Assembly: GCA_028868375.1 (NCBI GenBank)
Contig: JAGWUP010000009.1
Span: forward strand, 32,538 to 96,537
Direction of reading: 5' to 3'
DNA: 64,000 nucleotides
Source: Elusimicrobiota bacterium
GTDB taxonomy: Bacteria > Elusimicrobiota > Elusimicrobia > UBA1565 > UBA9628
The notes beneath the pieces are model-generated. The model searched no databases. It had not been told where the DNA came from and saw nothing but the letters and a program-made list of their open reading frames with translations. Positions 1-9,292 of this stretch are shown one piece after another. A program made the translations under genes and the position numbers. Numbering within the stretch: the first letter of the stretch is position 1; every line of letters starts with the position of its first letter.

Positions 1-42
1 GGCGCGCGCGATGGCCACCCGCTGGCGCTGCCCGCCGGAAAG

Positions 43-456
43 CTACTCCGGGTAGCGCTCGAGCTCCCGGCCCAGTCCCACGGACTGCAGCATCGCCGCG
101 CAGCGCCGGCGCTTCTCCTCGGCGCCCAGCGCCGCCTCCAAGTCCAGCGACATCTGCACGTTCTGGAGTGCCGTCAGCGAGCGCAGCAGATTGTGGGCCT
201 GGAAGATGAAGCCTATGCTCCCGCGCGCGCCGACCAACTCGCCCAAGCCGGCGCCGTTGAGCTCGCGGCCCAGCACGCGCACGCTGCCTTTCTCGACGGA
301 GCGCAGGGCCCCGGCCAAGGTCAGCAAGGTGGTCTTTCCGGAGCCGGAGGGGCCGGTCAGGATGACGATCTCCCCGGCCTCGATCTCCAACGAGACCTCC
401 CGCAAGACCTGGCGTCGCAACTCTCCCCGGCCGTAGAAGTAATCGACGCCGGACAT
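43..456 (-). CDS. ABC transporter ATP-binding protein, DevA/LolD/MacB-like (exporter ATPase); possibly inactivated by an in-frame TAG at 40-42, after which the same frame continues as LSGGQRQRVAIARA to the window edge
   Basis: Walker A GPSGSGKTT, Q-loop and conserved ABC fold. The start at internal Met MSGVDYFYG was chosen by operon context (a permease and HlyD-like protein lie upstream). An amber codon interrupts the ABC signature motif. The gene is truncated by the window start. Confidence 0.7.
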   Translation of the reverse strand: MSGVDYFYGRGELRRQVLREVSLEIEAGEIVILTGPSGSGKTTLLTLAGALRSVEKGSVRVLGRELNGAGLGELVGARGSIGFIFQAHNLLRSLTALQNVQMSLDLEAALGAEEKRRRCAAMLQSVGLGRELERYPE

Positions 457-476
457 CGAGATGACCCGCTCCACGG

Positions 477-1634
477 CTAGAAGATCTCCGCCGGATCGGC
501 CAGCCTGAGGCGGCGCGTCGCCAGGACGCCGGAGGCCGCGCACATCAGCGCCGTCAGCGCGTAGACCGCCAGCAGCCGGCCGGGCGTCATGCGCAGGGGC
601 AGCAAGGTCGCGCTGGCGGCGACGCCGTAGACGCACTGGGACACGAGCGCTCCCGGCAGGAAGCCCAACAGCGACAGGATCAGGGCCTCCTGAAGGACCA
701 GGAAGAAGAAGTAGCGGTCCGGATAACCCATCGCCTTCAGGGTCGCGTATTCGCGCAGGTGGTCCGACACGTCCGTGTAGAGGATCTGGTAGACGATGAT
801 GCAGCCGACGATAAGGCCCATCAGCACCCCCAGGTTGAAAATGAAGCCTACGGGCGTGTTCTCGACCCAGTAGCTCCTCTCCAGCGCCATGAACTGCTCC
901 CGCGTCAGGACGCGCGCGCCGCGGGCAAGCCGCGCCGCCAGCGCATCCCGAACCTTGCCCGCGTCGACCCCGGGCCGCAGGTCGATGAGGCCCAGGCTGA
1001 TCCTGCCCGTTTTCCAGCCGGGAGCCAGGCGCGCGAAGTTCAGGTCGCCGGTCAGGACGGTTCCATCGACGCCGAAGGAGGTGCCGATCCTAAACAAGCC
1101 GGCGACGCGCACCCGCCGCCCCTCGATCTCGGTCGTCGGCGGGCGCCCCGCGCGGAACTCCTCGGCCACCGGCCCGAATTCGGAGCGGCTTCCGGAATCA
1201 AAGAGCACGGCCTCCGGATCGCGCAAGGCCAGCGCGCCCCGATCGATGTCCGGCAGGTCGAAGACCCCGGCTCGCGGCTTAAAGCCCAGCAGCAGGATCA
1301 CCCTGTCCTCGAGCGTGCTCGGATTCTTCCAGGAGACCAACGCCGCGTTCAGGAAGGAGACGGACTCGACTCCGGGAAAGCCCAGGGCCTGATAGAGGCG
1401 ATGCTGATCGAAGGTGCCGGTGGCCAGGACGTACTCATACTCCGGGCTGATCATCACCAAGTCGCAGGTCAGATGGGAATAGAGCAGGGAGGCGCTCTGG
1501 ATCAAGGTCTGCTTGAAGCCGAGCTGGACCAGCATCAACACGACGGCGAAGGCGATGCCGGCGATGGCGGCGGCCAGGCGGCGCTTCTCCCTGGAGAGCT
1601 GCAGCCAGGACAAGAAGACGCGGCCCGTCCTCAC
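477..1634 (-). CDS. ABC exporter permease, DevC/FtsX-like (MacB-type transmembrane domain)
   Basis: 385 aa with an N-terminal TM helix, a large periplasmic domain and a C-terminal 3-TM FtsX-like segment. ATGA start/stop overlap with the upstream HlyD gene. Confidence 0.8.
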   Translation of the reverse strand: MRTGRVFLSWLQLSREKRRLAAAIAGIAFAVVLMLVQLGFKQTLIQSASLLYSHLTCDLVMISPEYEYVLATGTFDQHRLYQALGFPGVESVSFLNAALVSWKNPSTLEDRVILLLGFKPRAGVFDLPDIDRGALALRDPEAVLFDSGSRSEFGPVAEEFRAGRPPTTEIEGRRVRVAGLFRIGTSFGVDGTVLTGDLNFARLAPGWKTGRISLGLIDLRPGVDAGKVRDALAARLARGARVLTREQFMALERSYWVENTPVGFIFNLGVLMGLIVGCIIVYQILYTDVSDHLREYATLKAMGYPDRYFFFLVLQEALILSLLGFLPGALVSQCVYGVAASATLLPLRMTPGRLLAVYALTALMCAASGVLATRRLRLADPAEIF

Positions 1635-2545
1635 GGATGTATCACCACGTCCACTTTCCCGTTGAGGAGATGCTCCAGGGCGCGCGAGCTGGCCTCGGGC
1701 AGGGAGATGACGACCTTGACGATGCGGGAGTCGGAGAAGGCCTCGGGATCTTCTGGAAGGACCGAGTTCTTGGAGATCTCCAAGCCGATGCGCTGCACGC
1801 GCCCCTCGATCGCGGCGGGCAACAAATCCCCGCTGACGGTGGCGCGCTGGCCCAGGCGCAGCCTGGCGATGTCGGTCTCGTAGACCTCCGCCTTGACGAC
1901 CAGGCGCTCGGTGTCCCCGAAGTCCAGCAGCCCCAAGGGCCCGATCTCCTCGCCCGCCTTGGCGCGTATCTTGAGTATGCGTCCGCTCTCCGGCGCGCGT
2001 ACCGTCGCGGCCTCGGCCTGCGCGCTAGCGCGAGCCACGTCCGCTGAGGCGGCCCGCAGTTGCGAGCGGGCTGTCTCAAGGGCCAGGCGCCTAGCGTCCA
2101 GCTCCGATGAGGAGACGTCATGCGTCTTGTAAAGCGCCTTGTACCGCTTTTCCTCTGCGGCGGCGTTTTCAAGGCGGGCGCGCGCCATGGCCAACCGGGC
2201 CCGGCTTTGCCCCAGCTCAGCCTCCAGCCGCGGGGCGCTCTGCAGGACGGCCAGCGGCTGCCCCTTGCGCACCCAATCCCCCTCGCCGACCAGCAGCTTG
2301 GCGACCAGAGCCGGGCGGCCCTGATCGTACGGCGCCGACACGCGGATGACGCCTCCCTCCGGCTCGATGCGGCCCAGGCAGCCGATCCCCTGGTTCGGCT
2401 GCGCGCCGACCGGCGGCCCTCCCGCCCGGGAATGGAGAAGCCGAGCCGCCAGCGCGGCGAGGAGAAGGCAGCCCGCGGCCGCGGCGGCAAGCGGCAGGCC
2501 ACGCCTGCCCGCAAGCCGGAAGCGGCCGCCGTTTTCTTTTTCCAT
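1631..2545 (-). CDS. HlyD/DevB-family membrane fusion (periplasmic adaptor) protein
   Basis: N-terminal TM anchor followed by a coiled-coil rich in Ala/Arg/Glu and a C-terminal beta domain. Its position between TolC-like and DevC-like genes supports the call. Confidence 0.8.
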   Translation of the reverse strand: MEKENGGRFRLAGRRGLPLAAAAAGCLLLAALAARLLHSRAGGPPVGAQPNQGIGCLGRIEPEGGVIRVSAPYDQGRPALVAKLLVGEGDWVRKGQPLAVLQSAPRLEAELGQSRARLAMARARLENAAAEEKRYKALYKTHDVSSSELDARRLALETARSQLRAASADVARASAQAEAATVRAPESGRILKIRAKAGEEIGPLGLLDFGDTERLVVKAEVYETDIARLRLGQRATVSGDLLPAAIEGRVQRIGLEISKNSVLPEDPEAFSDSRIVKVVISLPEASSRALEHLLNGKVDVVIHP

Positions 2546-2548
2546 GCG

Positions 2549-3895
2549 CTAGCGCACCATCGAGCGTATCGTGCCCATGGCCAGCCAAAGATCGAGGCGG
2601 GCCTTCTCAAAGGCGAAGAGGGCGTCGGCCCGCCGTTCTTGCGCGCCGGCCAGGCGCGCCTGGGCGTCGACGACGTCGACGTTGTCGGCGACGCCGGCTT
2701 CGTAGCGCCGCCTGGCTTGCTCTAGCTCTTGTCGCGAGAGCTCCAGGCCCTCTTGGGCCACCTCCAACCGCTCTTGGGAGAGTTGTCGGGTTTGCAGGGC
2801 GTCCCTCAACTCCAGTTCAACCTGGTCCTCCAGGTCCTCGGCCCGTATCTCCTCGGTCTTTAACCGCGCCAGGCTCCGCGCGTCGCGGGCCTTCAAGCGG
2901 AAGCCCTCGAAAAGCGGCAGCCTCAGCGCCGCGCCGACGACATGCGTAGCCACCGGGCGCTCCGAGCCGGCCTTGATCGAGCCGTAATCGCCGTAAGCCT
3001 CAAGAGAGGGGAAGTGCTCCCAGCGGGAGGCGGAGTCCAGCAGCCGGGCCTGCCGCAAACGATCCGACTGCTCCCTCAAATCGGCGCGCGCGCCTCTGGC
3101 CTTGGCCAGGACCGCGGAGAAATCCGGCGCTTGGCCCGGCTCTTCCAGGCCCGGGTCGTCGCTTAATTCTAGCTCGGTGCCTAGATCGAGCCGCAAGGCC
3201 CGCAGTAGGAGCAGCCGGTCATGAGCTCCCAGGATGCGCGCTCCCAGCAGGCGCTCCTGGTCGTCGTCCAGACGCGCCTGCGCCCGCACGACGTCCAAGC
3301 GCGTTGCCTTGCCCGCCGATTCCCGGCGCCGGGAAAGCTCCAGCAGTACGCTTCCCCTTTTGACGTCCTCGGCGGCAGTCCCGACGACGGCATCGGCGCG
3401 CAGGGCCTCCAGATAGAGCTCGCCCACCCGCGCGGCCAACACGTCCTCAAGGCGCTCCAGCCGCCCCGCGGCCGCCCCCGTCGCGGCCGCGGCGGCCCGC
3501 GCCTTCTGGAGAGCCCCGATATCCAGCAGGGTCGCCGTGGCCGACAGACGGGCGTCCAGGGTGTTGAAGGAGCCGGAGGAAGCCGGGAAATTGACGCCGG
3601 GAATCGGGGAGGCTGTCAGGCCGGCCGCCTGCAGGCTCAACTCCTGGTTTTGCCCGGACAGGGAGCCGTCCAGACGCGGCAGGAGAAACGAGCGCGACTC
3701 CTCGCTTTGGGCCTCGGCCACGCGCAGGGCTTGCCGCGCCTGGCGGAGCCCGAGATTTCCGGAGGCGGAGAGGGCCATCGCGACGGCTCCTCCGAGGCTG
3801 AGCGTCATCGGCGCGGCGGCGGCCCGCGCGGACTGCGGGACGGCGGCGAGCATCATGAACGCCGCCAGGCTCCGTCGCCCGAGGCTGAGTGGCAT
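2549..3895 (-). CDS. TolC-family outer membrane efflux protein
   Basis: Signal peptide MPLSLGRRSLAAFMMLAAVPQSARA, then two long coiled-coil repeats typical of TolC/OprM. It is the first gene of the DevBCA-like operon. Confidence 0.8.
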   Translation of the reverse strand: MPLSLGRRSLAAFMMLAAVPQSARAAAAPMTLSLGGAVAMALSASGNLGLRQARQALRVAEAQSEESRSFLLPRLDGSLSGQNQELSLQAAGLTASPIPGVNFPASSGSFNTLDARLSATATLLDIGALQKARAAAAATGAAAGRLERLEDVLAARVGELYLEALRADAVVGTAAEDVKRGSVLLELSRRRESAGKATRLDVVRAQARLDDDQERLLGARILGAHDRLLLLRALRLDLGTELELSDDPGLEEPGQAPDFSAVLAKARGARADLREQSDRLRQARLLDSASRWEHFPSLEAYGDYGSIKAGSERPVATHVVGAALRLPLFEGFRLKARDARSLARLKTEEIRAEDLEDQVELELRDALQTRQLSQERLEVAQEGLELSRQELEQARRRYEAGVADNVDVVDAQARLAGAQERRADALFAFEKARLDLWLAMGTIRSMVR

Positions 3896-3985
3896 CTTGG
3901 GGTGAAAGGTAGCCGCCGTCGCGCAAAAAGTCAAGCATTCCTTGATTTCACCAGAGACCCTCGCATTTGGTAGCATCACTTCAAC

Positions 3986-5245
3986 ATGACCTCCAAACCC
4001 AGCGTCGCGCCCGCCGCAAAGAAGCAGGGACGCCTGCGCCGCGGCGTCGGGATGACCAACGAGGAGATGCGCCACGTCGGCGGCCTCTCGGGCATCTTCG
4101 CGCTGCGCCTGCTTGGCCTCTTCCTGGTCCTACCCGTTCTCAGCATCTACGCCTTGGGCCTGCGCGGCGCAACGCCCTTCCTGGCAGGTCTCGCCGTCGG
4201 CTTCTACGGCTTGGCCCAGACCGGCATGCAATTGCCCTTCGGGATGCTCTCCGACCGCTTCGGCCGCAAGCCCGTCATCGTGGCCGGCCTGCTCATCTAC
4301 GTCGTCGGCAGCGTGGTGGCCGCCCTTTCCCACGGCATCTACGGCCTGCTCCTGGGCCGATTCATGCAGGGCATGGGTGCCATCGCCTCGGTGCTTTTGG
4401 CCCTCATCGCAGACCTCACGCGCGAGGAGGTGCGCGGCCGGGCCATGGCCTTCGTCGGCATCTCCATCGGCTTAAGCTTCACCTTGGGCTTCGTCCTGGG
4501 CCCCATCCTCGCGGCGCGCCACGGCGTGCCCTTCTTGTTCTGGATCCTGGCCGGCCTGGACTCCTTCGCCGTCTTCTACCTGCTGACCTTCATTCCCACC
4601 TGCCCTCCCAAGCGCGCCGCCGCCGTCAAGCTCAAGGACCTGGGCGTCGTCCTGGGCGACCGCAACCTCGTCTGCCTCGACGGCGTGATGTTCCTGCTGC
4701 ACCTGGGCCTGACGGCCATCTGGGTCGTGACTCCGGCCATCCTGCTGCAGCACTGGGACCGCCACGACATCTGGCGCGTCTATCTGCCGATGATCCTGCT
4801 GGCCGGCTTCATCATGCTGCCGGCGATGGGCTTCGCCGAGGCCAAGCAGCGGCTGCGCACGCTGCTGGCCGCCGGCCTCCTCCTGGCCGGCGCGGGCTTC
4901 CTCATCCTCGCCCTGGCGCCGGGCCGCCCGCTGGCCGCGGCCGGCGGGCTCATCGTCTACTTCATCGGCTTCAACCTGATGGAGCCCTGCCTGCCCTCCC
5001 TGGTCTCGCGCTTCGCCCCCGAGGACTTGCGCGGCAGCGCCATGGGGCTGTTCAACATGTCCCAGTTCATGGGCGCATTCTGCGGCGGAGCGCTCGGCGG
5101 CTTCGCCCTCGGCCACGGCCGCTACGTCCTCTATTGGATGCTGCTGGCCGCCTGCCTGCCCTGGGCCTGGCTGGCTTCCCGCGTCGAGGCCCCGCCGAGG
5201 CGCAAGCCCGCGCAGGACCTGGAAGCCGACATCGCCGCCGCCTAG
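3986..5245 (+). CDS. MFS transporter
   Basis: 419 aa with 12 predicted TM helices and the MFS motif GMLSDRFGRKPV between TM2 and TM3. Confidence 0.85.
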   Translation: MTSKPSVAPAAKKQGRLRRGVGMTNEEMRHVGGLSGIFALRLLGLFLVLPVLSIYALGLRGATPFLAGLAVGFYGLAQTGMQLPFGMLSDRFGRKPVIVAGLLIYVVGSVVAALSHGIYGLLLGRFMQGMGAIASVLLALIADLTREEVRGRAMAFVGISIGLSFTLGFVLGPILAARHGVPFLFWILAGLDSFAVFYLLTFIPTCPPKRAAAVKLKDLGVVLGDRNLVCLDGVMFLLHLGLTAIWVVTPAILLQHWDRHDIWRVYLPMILLAGFIMLPAMGFAEAKQRLRTLLAAGLLLAGAGFLILALAPGRPLAAAGGLIVYFIGFNLMEPCLPSLVSRFAPEDLRGSAMGLFNMSQFMGAFCGGALGGFALGHGRYVLYWMLLAACLPWAWLASRVEAPPRRKPAQDLEADIAAA

Positions 5246-5324
5246 CCGCCTGGCTGTCCGCGCTTCTTGATTTGACCGCGGCAAGCAACGCATAATTCTC
5301 GAAGCGCCGCAAAGGAGGCCAGCC

Positions 5325-5879
5325 ATGCCGAAGGGATTCTTTGCCGGAGTTCTCGCCGCCGTCGCCGCCCTGCTGCTGGGGGCGTATTGCTTCGTGGCCA
5401 TGGGCCTCATGCCGGCCAACGCCGACGGCCGGCCTCCCGCCTTGGAGAAATGGGCCGCCCGCAAGTCGCTGCGCGCGACCATCGCTCGAGAAGCCCCCCA
5501 AGGCGAGGGGCCGCTCAAGCCCACCGAGGAGAACCTGCTGGCCGGGGTGAAAATCTACGCCGCCAACTGCGCCGTCTGCCACGGCGGCTCCGACGGCCGC
5601 GCCTCGAACATCGCCACGGGATTGTACCAGCACGCGCCGCAATTGGCGCGGCACGGCGTCGAGGACGATCCGGCGGGAAACACCTATTGGAAGGTCCGCC
5701 ACGGCATCCGGATGACCGGAATGCCCTCCTTCGGCAAGGCGCTGACCGAGGATCAACTCTGGCAGGTCACGCTGATGCTCAAGCACATGGACGCGCTACC
5801 GGGGCGCGCGAAGAAGGCTTGGCTGGCCCTGCCCAGCCAGGCGGCCGGCAGGGGCCGCGACACTTCCGGCAAGGCGTAA
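5325..5879 (+). CDS. monoheme c-type cytochrome (class I-like)
   Basis: N-terminal signal/anchor, a single CAVCH heme motif and a downstream Met ligand region (MTGMPSF). Confidence 0.75.
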   Translation: MPKGFFAGVLAAVAALLLGAYCFVAMGLMPANADGRPPALEKWAARKSLRATIAREAPQGEGPLKPTEENLLAGVKIYAANCAVCHGGSDGRASNIATGLYQHAPQLARHGVEDDPAGNTYWKVRHGIRMTGMPSFGKALTEDQLWQVTLMLKHMDALPGRAKKAWLALPSQAAGRGRDTSGKA

Positions 5880-5914
5880 GCGTCTCATCACCAAGAGACT
5901 TTACGGAGGGATTC

Positions 5915-6373
5915 ATGAAATATTGGATGCAAGCCGTTCTCATCGCGGCGCTGGCGCTTTGCCTGACGCCCCGACTGCGGGCGCAGGACGAGGGAGAGGC
6001 AAGCCAGCCCCCGGCGGCCGCAAGCCCCAGCCACAAGGACGACGGGGCGATGCGGCAAGCCTGGCAAGCCGAACGGGAGGCCCTCAAGCCCATGCGCCGC
6101 CAGCTGCGCGACGCGGTTTTAAAGCTCCGCGATCAGCTGCAGGACAACGCCTCCGACCAGGACCTGCTCGCCTCCATGAGCCGGGTCAAGCAGGCGCGCT
6201 CTGCGCTGCAGGAGCAACGGGAGAAATTCCTCGAGGAGCATTTCACCGTCAAGCAGCGCGCCCAGATGATGGTCCGCATGGCTCGGCGCGGTCAGCAAGC
6301 CATGGGCCATGGCCGCCGGATGCGGCAGGGACAGGGACGGCGCCCCATGCGCGCCCCCCAAAACGGCGACTAG
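5915..6373 (+). CDS. periplasmic Spy/CpxP-like (LTXXQ-type) helical protein
   Basis: Internal ATG with a GGAGGG RBS, a signal peptide (MKYWMQAVLIAALALCLTPRLRA), and a helical Gln/Arg-rich body carrying an FTVKQRAQM LTXXQ-like motif. Confidence 0.5.
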   Translation: MKYWMQAVLIAALALCLTPRLRAQDEGEASQPPAAASPSHKDDGAMRQAWQAEREALKPMRRQLRDAVLKLRDQLQDNASDQDLLASMSRVKQARSALQEQREKFLEEHFTVKQRAQMMVRMARRGQQAMGHGRRMRQGQGRRPMRAPQNGD

Positions 6374-7142
6374 CGCCAAAGGGACGCGACTCCTCGGCGT
6401 CGTCATCGGCTCCATTTTGGGGCTCGTTTTGAGCGCCGGGGAAGCGCGCGCCTTCCTGTGGTGGCGGGATTCCGTTCGTAGCCATTGGACGGACAAGCCT
6501 CCCGCGCTCAGCGGCGAGGATGCCGCTTGGTCCGGCGCAGAAGAAATCGAGGAACCCCAGCTCGACGTGCGCGTCCTCAACGACGGCGAGGCCGTTTACG
6601 TGAGGTTGATCGCCGACGGGATGGATGGACGCGCCCTGCTGGCGGGAGCGTATCGTCAAGACGTGACCTTGTGGTTTTTGAATCCCGACGGCAAGGCCAA
6701 GGCCTGGGGCGTCACCATTCCCTTCAGCGCTCTCGGGCCCTCCCCCTCCCCGCTACGTCTCAACGAGGCTCCCCCCGTCCCGGACGTGGAGCCGCAGCCG
6801 GCCTCCGCGGGAACGGACGCAGCCCCCGCGGCGGCCTTGCCGCCGGGCCTGCGGGTGCGATCGGCCCTCTCCGGCAAGACTCCCGTCCTCGAGGCCGCTA
6901 TTGCCTTGCGCAGCCTGAAAATCAAGGACGGCAAGGAGATATTGCTGGACCTGGTCTCATCGCCCGTCAATCCCGACATCCGGCGCCAGCTCCAAGCCCG
7001 TCCGAAGGCTGGCCGCAGGCGCGGCGGCCGCCGCGGCGAAACGGCCGGCCCGGAATCGGAAGTCGATTTGCCCAGCCCCCTGCACTTGCGCTTGTCCATA
7101 CGCCTGGCTGGACGGCCTGAAGCGGCAAAAATGGTACAGTAG
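6309..7142 (+). CDS. hypothetical secreted/lipoprotein-like protein (start uncertain; overlaps previous gene)
   Basis: ORF with a hydrophobic N-region (LLGVVIGSILGLVLSAGEARA) and a Pro/Ala-rich linker. No recognisable family. Confidence 0.35.
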   Translation: MAAGCGRDRDGAPCAPPKTATSAKGTRLLGVVIGSILGLVLSAGEARAFLWWRDSVRSHWTDKPPALSGEDAAWSGAEEIEEPQLDVRVLNDGEAVYVRLIADGMDGRALLAGAYRQDVTLWFLNPDGKAKAWGVTIPFSALGPSPSPLRLNEAPPVPDVEPQPASAGTDAAPAAALPPGLRVRSALSGKTPVLEAAIALRSLKIKDGKEILLDLVSSPVNPDIRRQLQARPKAGRRRGGRRGETAGPESEVDLPSPLHLRLSIRLAGRPEAAKMVQ

Positions 7143-7161
7143 GTTTTAAAGGAGGAACCAC

Positions 7162-7344
7162 ATGGAAGAGCAGAAAGGAAGCGGAAAGGAGTGCGGACGG
7201 CGTTGCGGCGGCTGCAAGTTCATGGCCGGCATCTTGGTGGGGCTCTTGCTCGCCGCGGCGGCCTTCGGGTTGTTCCTGGCGGGACATTGCTCGGGCTACG
7301 GCCACCGCTACTGCCCGATCACGTCCATGCCCGCGCCGAAGTAG
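7162..7344 (+). CDS. small Cys-rich single-TM membrane peptide (60 aa)
   Basis: Strong RBS AAGGAGGAACCAC before the ATG, CGRRCGGC and HCSGYGHRYC Cys/His clusters flanking one TM helix, and locally lower GC. It sits immediately upstream of the ABC-2 transporter. Confidence 0.4.
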   Translation: MEEQKGSGKECGRRCGGCKFMAGILVGLLLAAAAFGLFLAGHCSGYGHRYCPITSMPAPK

Positions 7345-7351
7345 CGCCGCG

Positions 7352-8167
7352 TTGACGGGACCTCTCCCCACCGGCGACGTCGTCGTCGCCGAGGATTTGA
7401 CGCGCCGCTTCGGCGAGATCCTCGCGGTGGATCGCCTCTCCTTGCGCGTCAAGTCCGGGCAGATCTTCGGCCTGCTCGGGCCCAACGGCGCCGGCAAGAG
7501 CACGACGATCAAGATGCTGACGACCTTGCTGGAGCCATCGGCCGGAACGGCCTCCGTGGCCGGCTTCGACATCCGATCCCAGCCGCGGCGGGTGCGCGGC
7601 CGCATCGGCTACGTTCCGCAGCTGGTGTCGGCCGACGGAGCGTTGACCGCCTATGAGAACCTGAACCTCTCGGCGCGGCTCTATGGAATCTCCTCCCGCC
7701 AGCGAAAGGCCAGGATCGCCGAGGGCCTGGAATTCATGGGCTTAAGCGAGCACGGCGGGCGGCTGGTCAAGACCTTCTCGGGCGGAATGATCCGCCGCCT
7801 GGAACTGGCGCAAGCCCTGCTGCACCGTCCGGACCTCCTCTTCCTGGATGAGCCGACGATCGGGCTCGATCCGATGGCGCGCCGGACCGTCTGGGACAAG
7901 CTCAAGGAGCTGCGGCGCTCCCTGAACCTGACCGTCCTGATCACGACCCACGACATGGAGGAGGCCGACCAGCTCTGCGACGAGCTGGCGATCATGCTCG
8001 ACGGGCGTGTCATGGCCCGCGGCGAGAGCGCGGCGCTGAAGGCCGGGCTTGGGCAGGCTGCGACGCTCAACGACGTCTTCGCCGCGGCCTGCGGCGGCGT
8101 CATCCGCGAGAGCGGAGACTACCGCGGCGTCGGCCAGAGGCGCCGGACGGCCAGTCAACTGGGATGA
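7352..8167 (+). CDS. ABC transporter ATP-binding protein (ABC-2 / DrrA-like)
   Basis: Walker A GPNGAGKST, signature FSGGMIRRLELA, Walker B LLFLDEP and an H-loop. TTG start. Confidence 0.85.
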   Translation: MTGPLPTGDVVVAEDLTRRFGEILAVDRLSLRVKSGQIFGLLGPNGAGKSTTIKMLTTLLEPSAGTASVAGFDIRSQPRRVRGRIGYVPQLVSADGALTAYENLNLSARLYGISSRQRKARIAEGLEFMGLSEHGGRLVKTFSGGMIRRLELAQALLHRPDLLFLDEPTIGLDPMARRTVWDKLKELRRSLNLTVLITTHDMEEADQLCDELAIMLDGRVMARGESAALKAGLGQAATLNDVFAAACGGVIRESGDYRGVGQRRRTASQLG

Positions 8168-8940
8168 TCGCGGGGCAATTCCTGGAGCAGGGTTTGGCGA
8201 TCGCCGACGTGGAGGCGCGCAAGGTCCTGCGCGATCCCACCGAGCTCTTCTCCCGCGCCGTGCAGCCGGTCCTCTGGCTCGTGATCTTCGGCCGGGTCTT
8301 CGGCCGGGTGAGGGGCATTCCGACCGGGCATCTCGACTATACGGCCTTCCTGGCGCCGGGCATCTTGGCGCAAAGCATACTCTTCAGCTCGATTTTCTAC
8401 GGCATAGGGGTCATCTGGGAGCGCGACCTGGGCATCGTGCACAAGCTCCTGGTCAGCCCCGCGCACCGCAGCGCGCTGGTGCTGGGCAAGGCCCTGGCGG
8501 CCGGCCTGCGCGGGCTGGCGCAAGCGGTCCTGATCTACGTTTTGGTCTGCCTGATGGGCATCGGGCTGCGCTGGAGCCCCCAAGCCTTGCTGGGCGTCGT
8601 GCTGATGGTCGCGGCGGCCTCCGCGCTGTTTTCGACCTTCTCGCTGATGATCGCCTGCATCGTCAAGACGCGGGAGCGCTTCATGGGCATCGGCCAATTG
8701 TTGACGATGCCCCTCTTTTTCGCCAGCAACGCGATCTATCCTATCGCGCTCATGCCCGGCTGGCTGCGGATCGCGGCCCGGCTCAATCCGCTCACCTACG
8801 TCACCGACGCGCTCCGCGGGCTGATGATCGCCGGAGGAGGCAGCGTCTACGGCTTGAGGTTGGACTTCGCCGTCATCGCCGCGGCGTTCTTGGCTCTGAC
8901 GGCGGCCACGAGTGTCCTCTATCCGACGATCATCCGCTAG
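8164..8940 (+). CDS. ABC-2 family transporter permease
   Basis: 258 aa with 6 TM helices. ATGA overlap with the upstream ATPase gene. Confidence 0.8.
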   Translation: MIAGQFLEQGLAIADVEARKVLRDPTELFSRAVQPVLWLVIFGRVFGRVRGIPTGHLDYTAFLAPGILAQSILFSSIFYGIGVIWERDLGIVHKLLVSPAHRSALVLGKALAAGLRGLAQAVLIYVLVCLMGIGLRWSPQALLGVVLMVAAASALFSTFSLMIACIVKTRERFMGIGQLLTMPLFFASNAIYPIALMPGWLRIAARLNPLTYVTDALRGLMIAGGGSVYGLRLDFAVIAAAFLALTAATSVLYPTIIR

Positions 8941-8950
8941 CAGGACTCCG

Positions 8951-9292
8951 CTAGCGCCGGCGGCGGCTATCCCAGCGCCGCGCCATCTCGTCGAAGCGCT
9001 TCTGCTGCTCGGGTGTCAGCATCGCTCGGATGTCGGAGCGCGTCTGGGCGCGGATGGCCTTGAACTTGGCCGCCGTCTCCTCGCGCAAGGAGCGCAGCCG
9101 CCCCGCGCTGGCCTCCAGGGCGGCCTGCACGGAGAGACGCTGGGGGTCGCTTAAACCCAGCTCCCGCGAGAAGCGCTGCGCCAAGCGCGCGGGATCCGGC
9201 GCGTGGCGGCGGTGGCGCAGCCGCGGCAGGGCCAGCATGGCCGCCGCACCCAGCAAGAATCCGAGCAGGACCGGCAGGATCGATTTTCTCAT
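8951..9292 (-). CDS. periplasmic Spy/CpxP-family LTXXQ-motif protein
   Basis: Internal Met with a GGAGGGGG RBS, a signal peptide (MRKSILPVLLGFLLGAAAMLA) and an LTPEQQKRF motif. Overlaps the anti-sigma stop (ATGA). Confidence 0.6.
   Translation of the reverse strand: MRKSILPVLLGFLLGAAAMLALPRLRHRRHAPDPARLAQRFSRELGLSDPQRLSVQAALEASAGRLRSLREETAAKFKAIRAQTRSDIRAMLTPEQQKRFDEMARRWDSRRRR

Noticed and set aside
4472-5524. 350-aa minus-strand ORF
   Set aside because: It is antisense to the MFS transporter and to the cytochrome c start. Its Gln/Gly/Glu-rich low-complexity translation marks it as an artefact.
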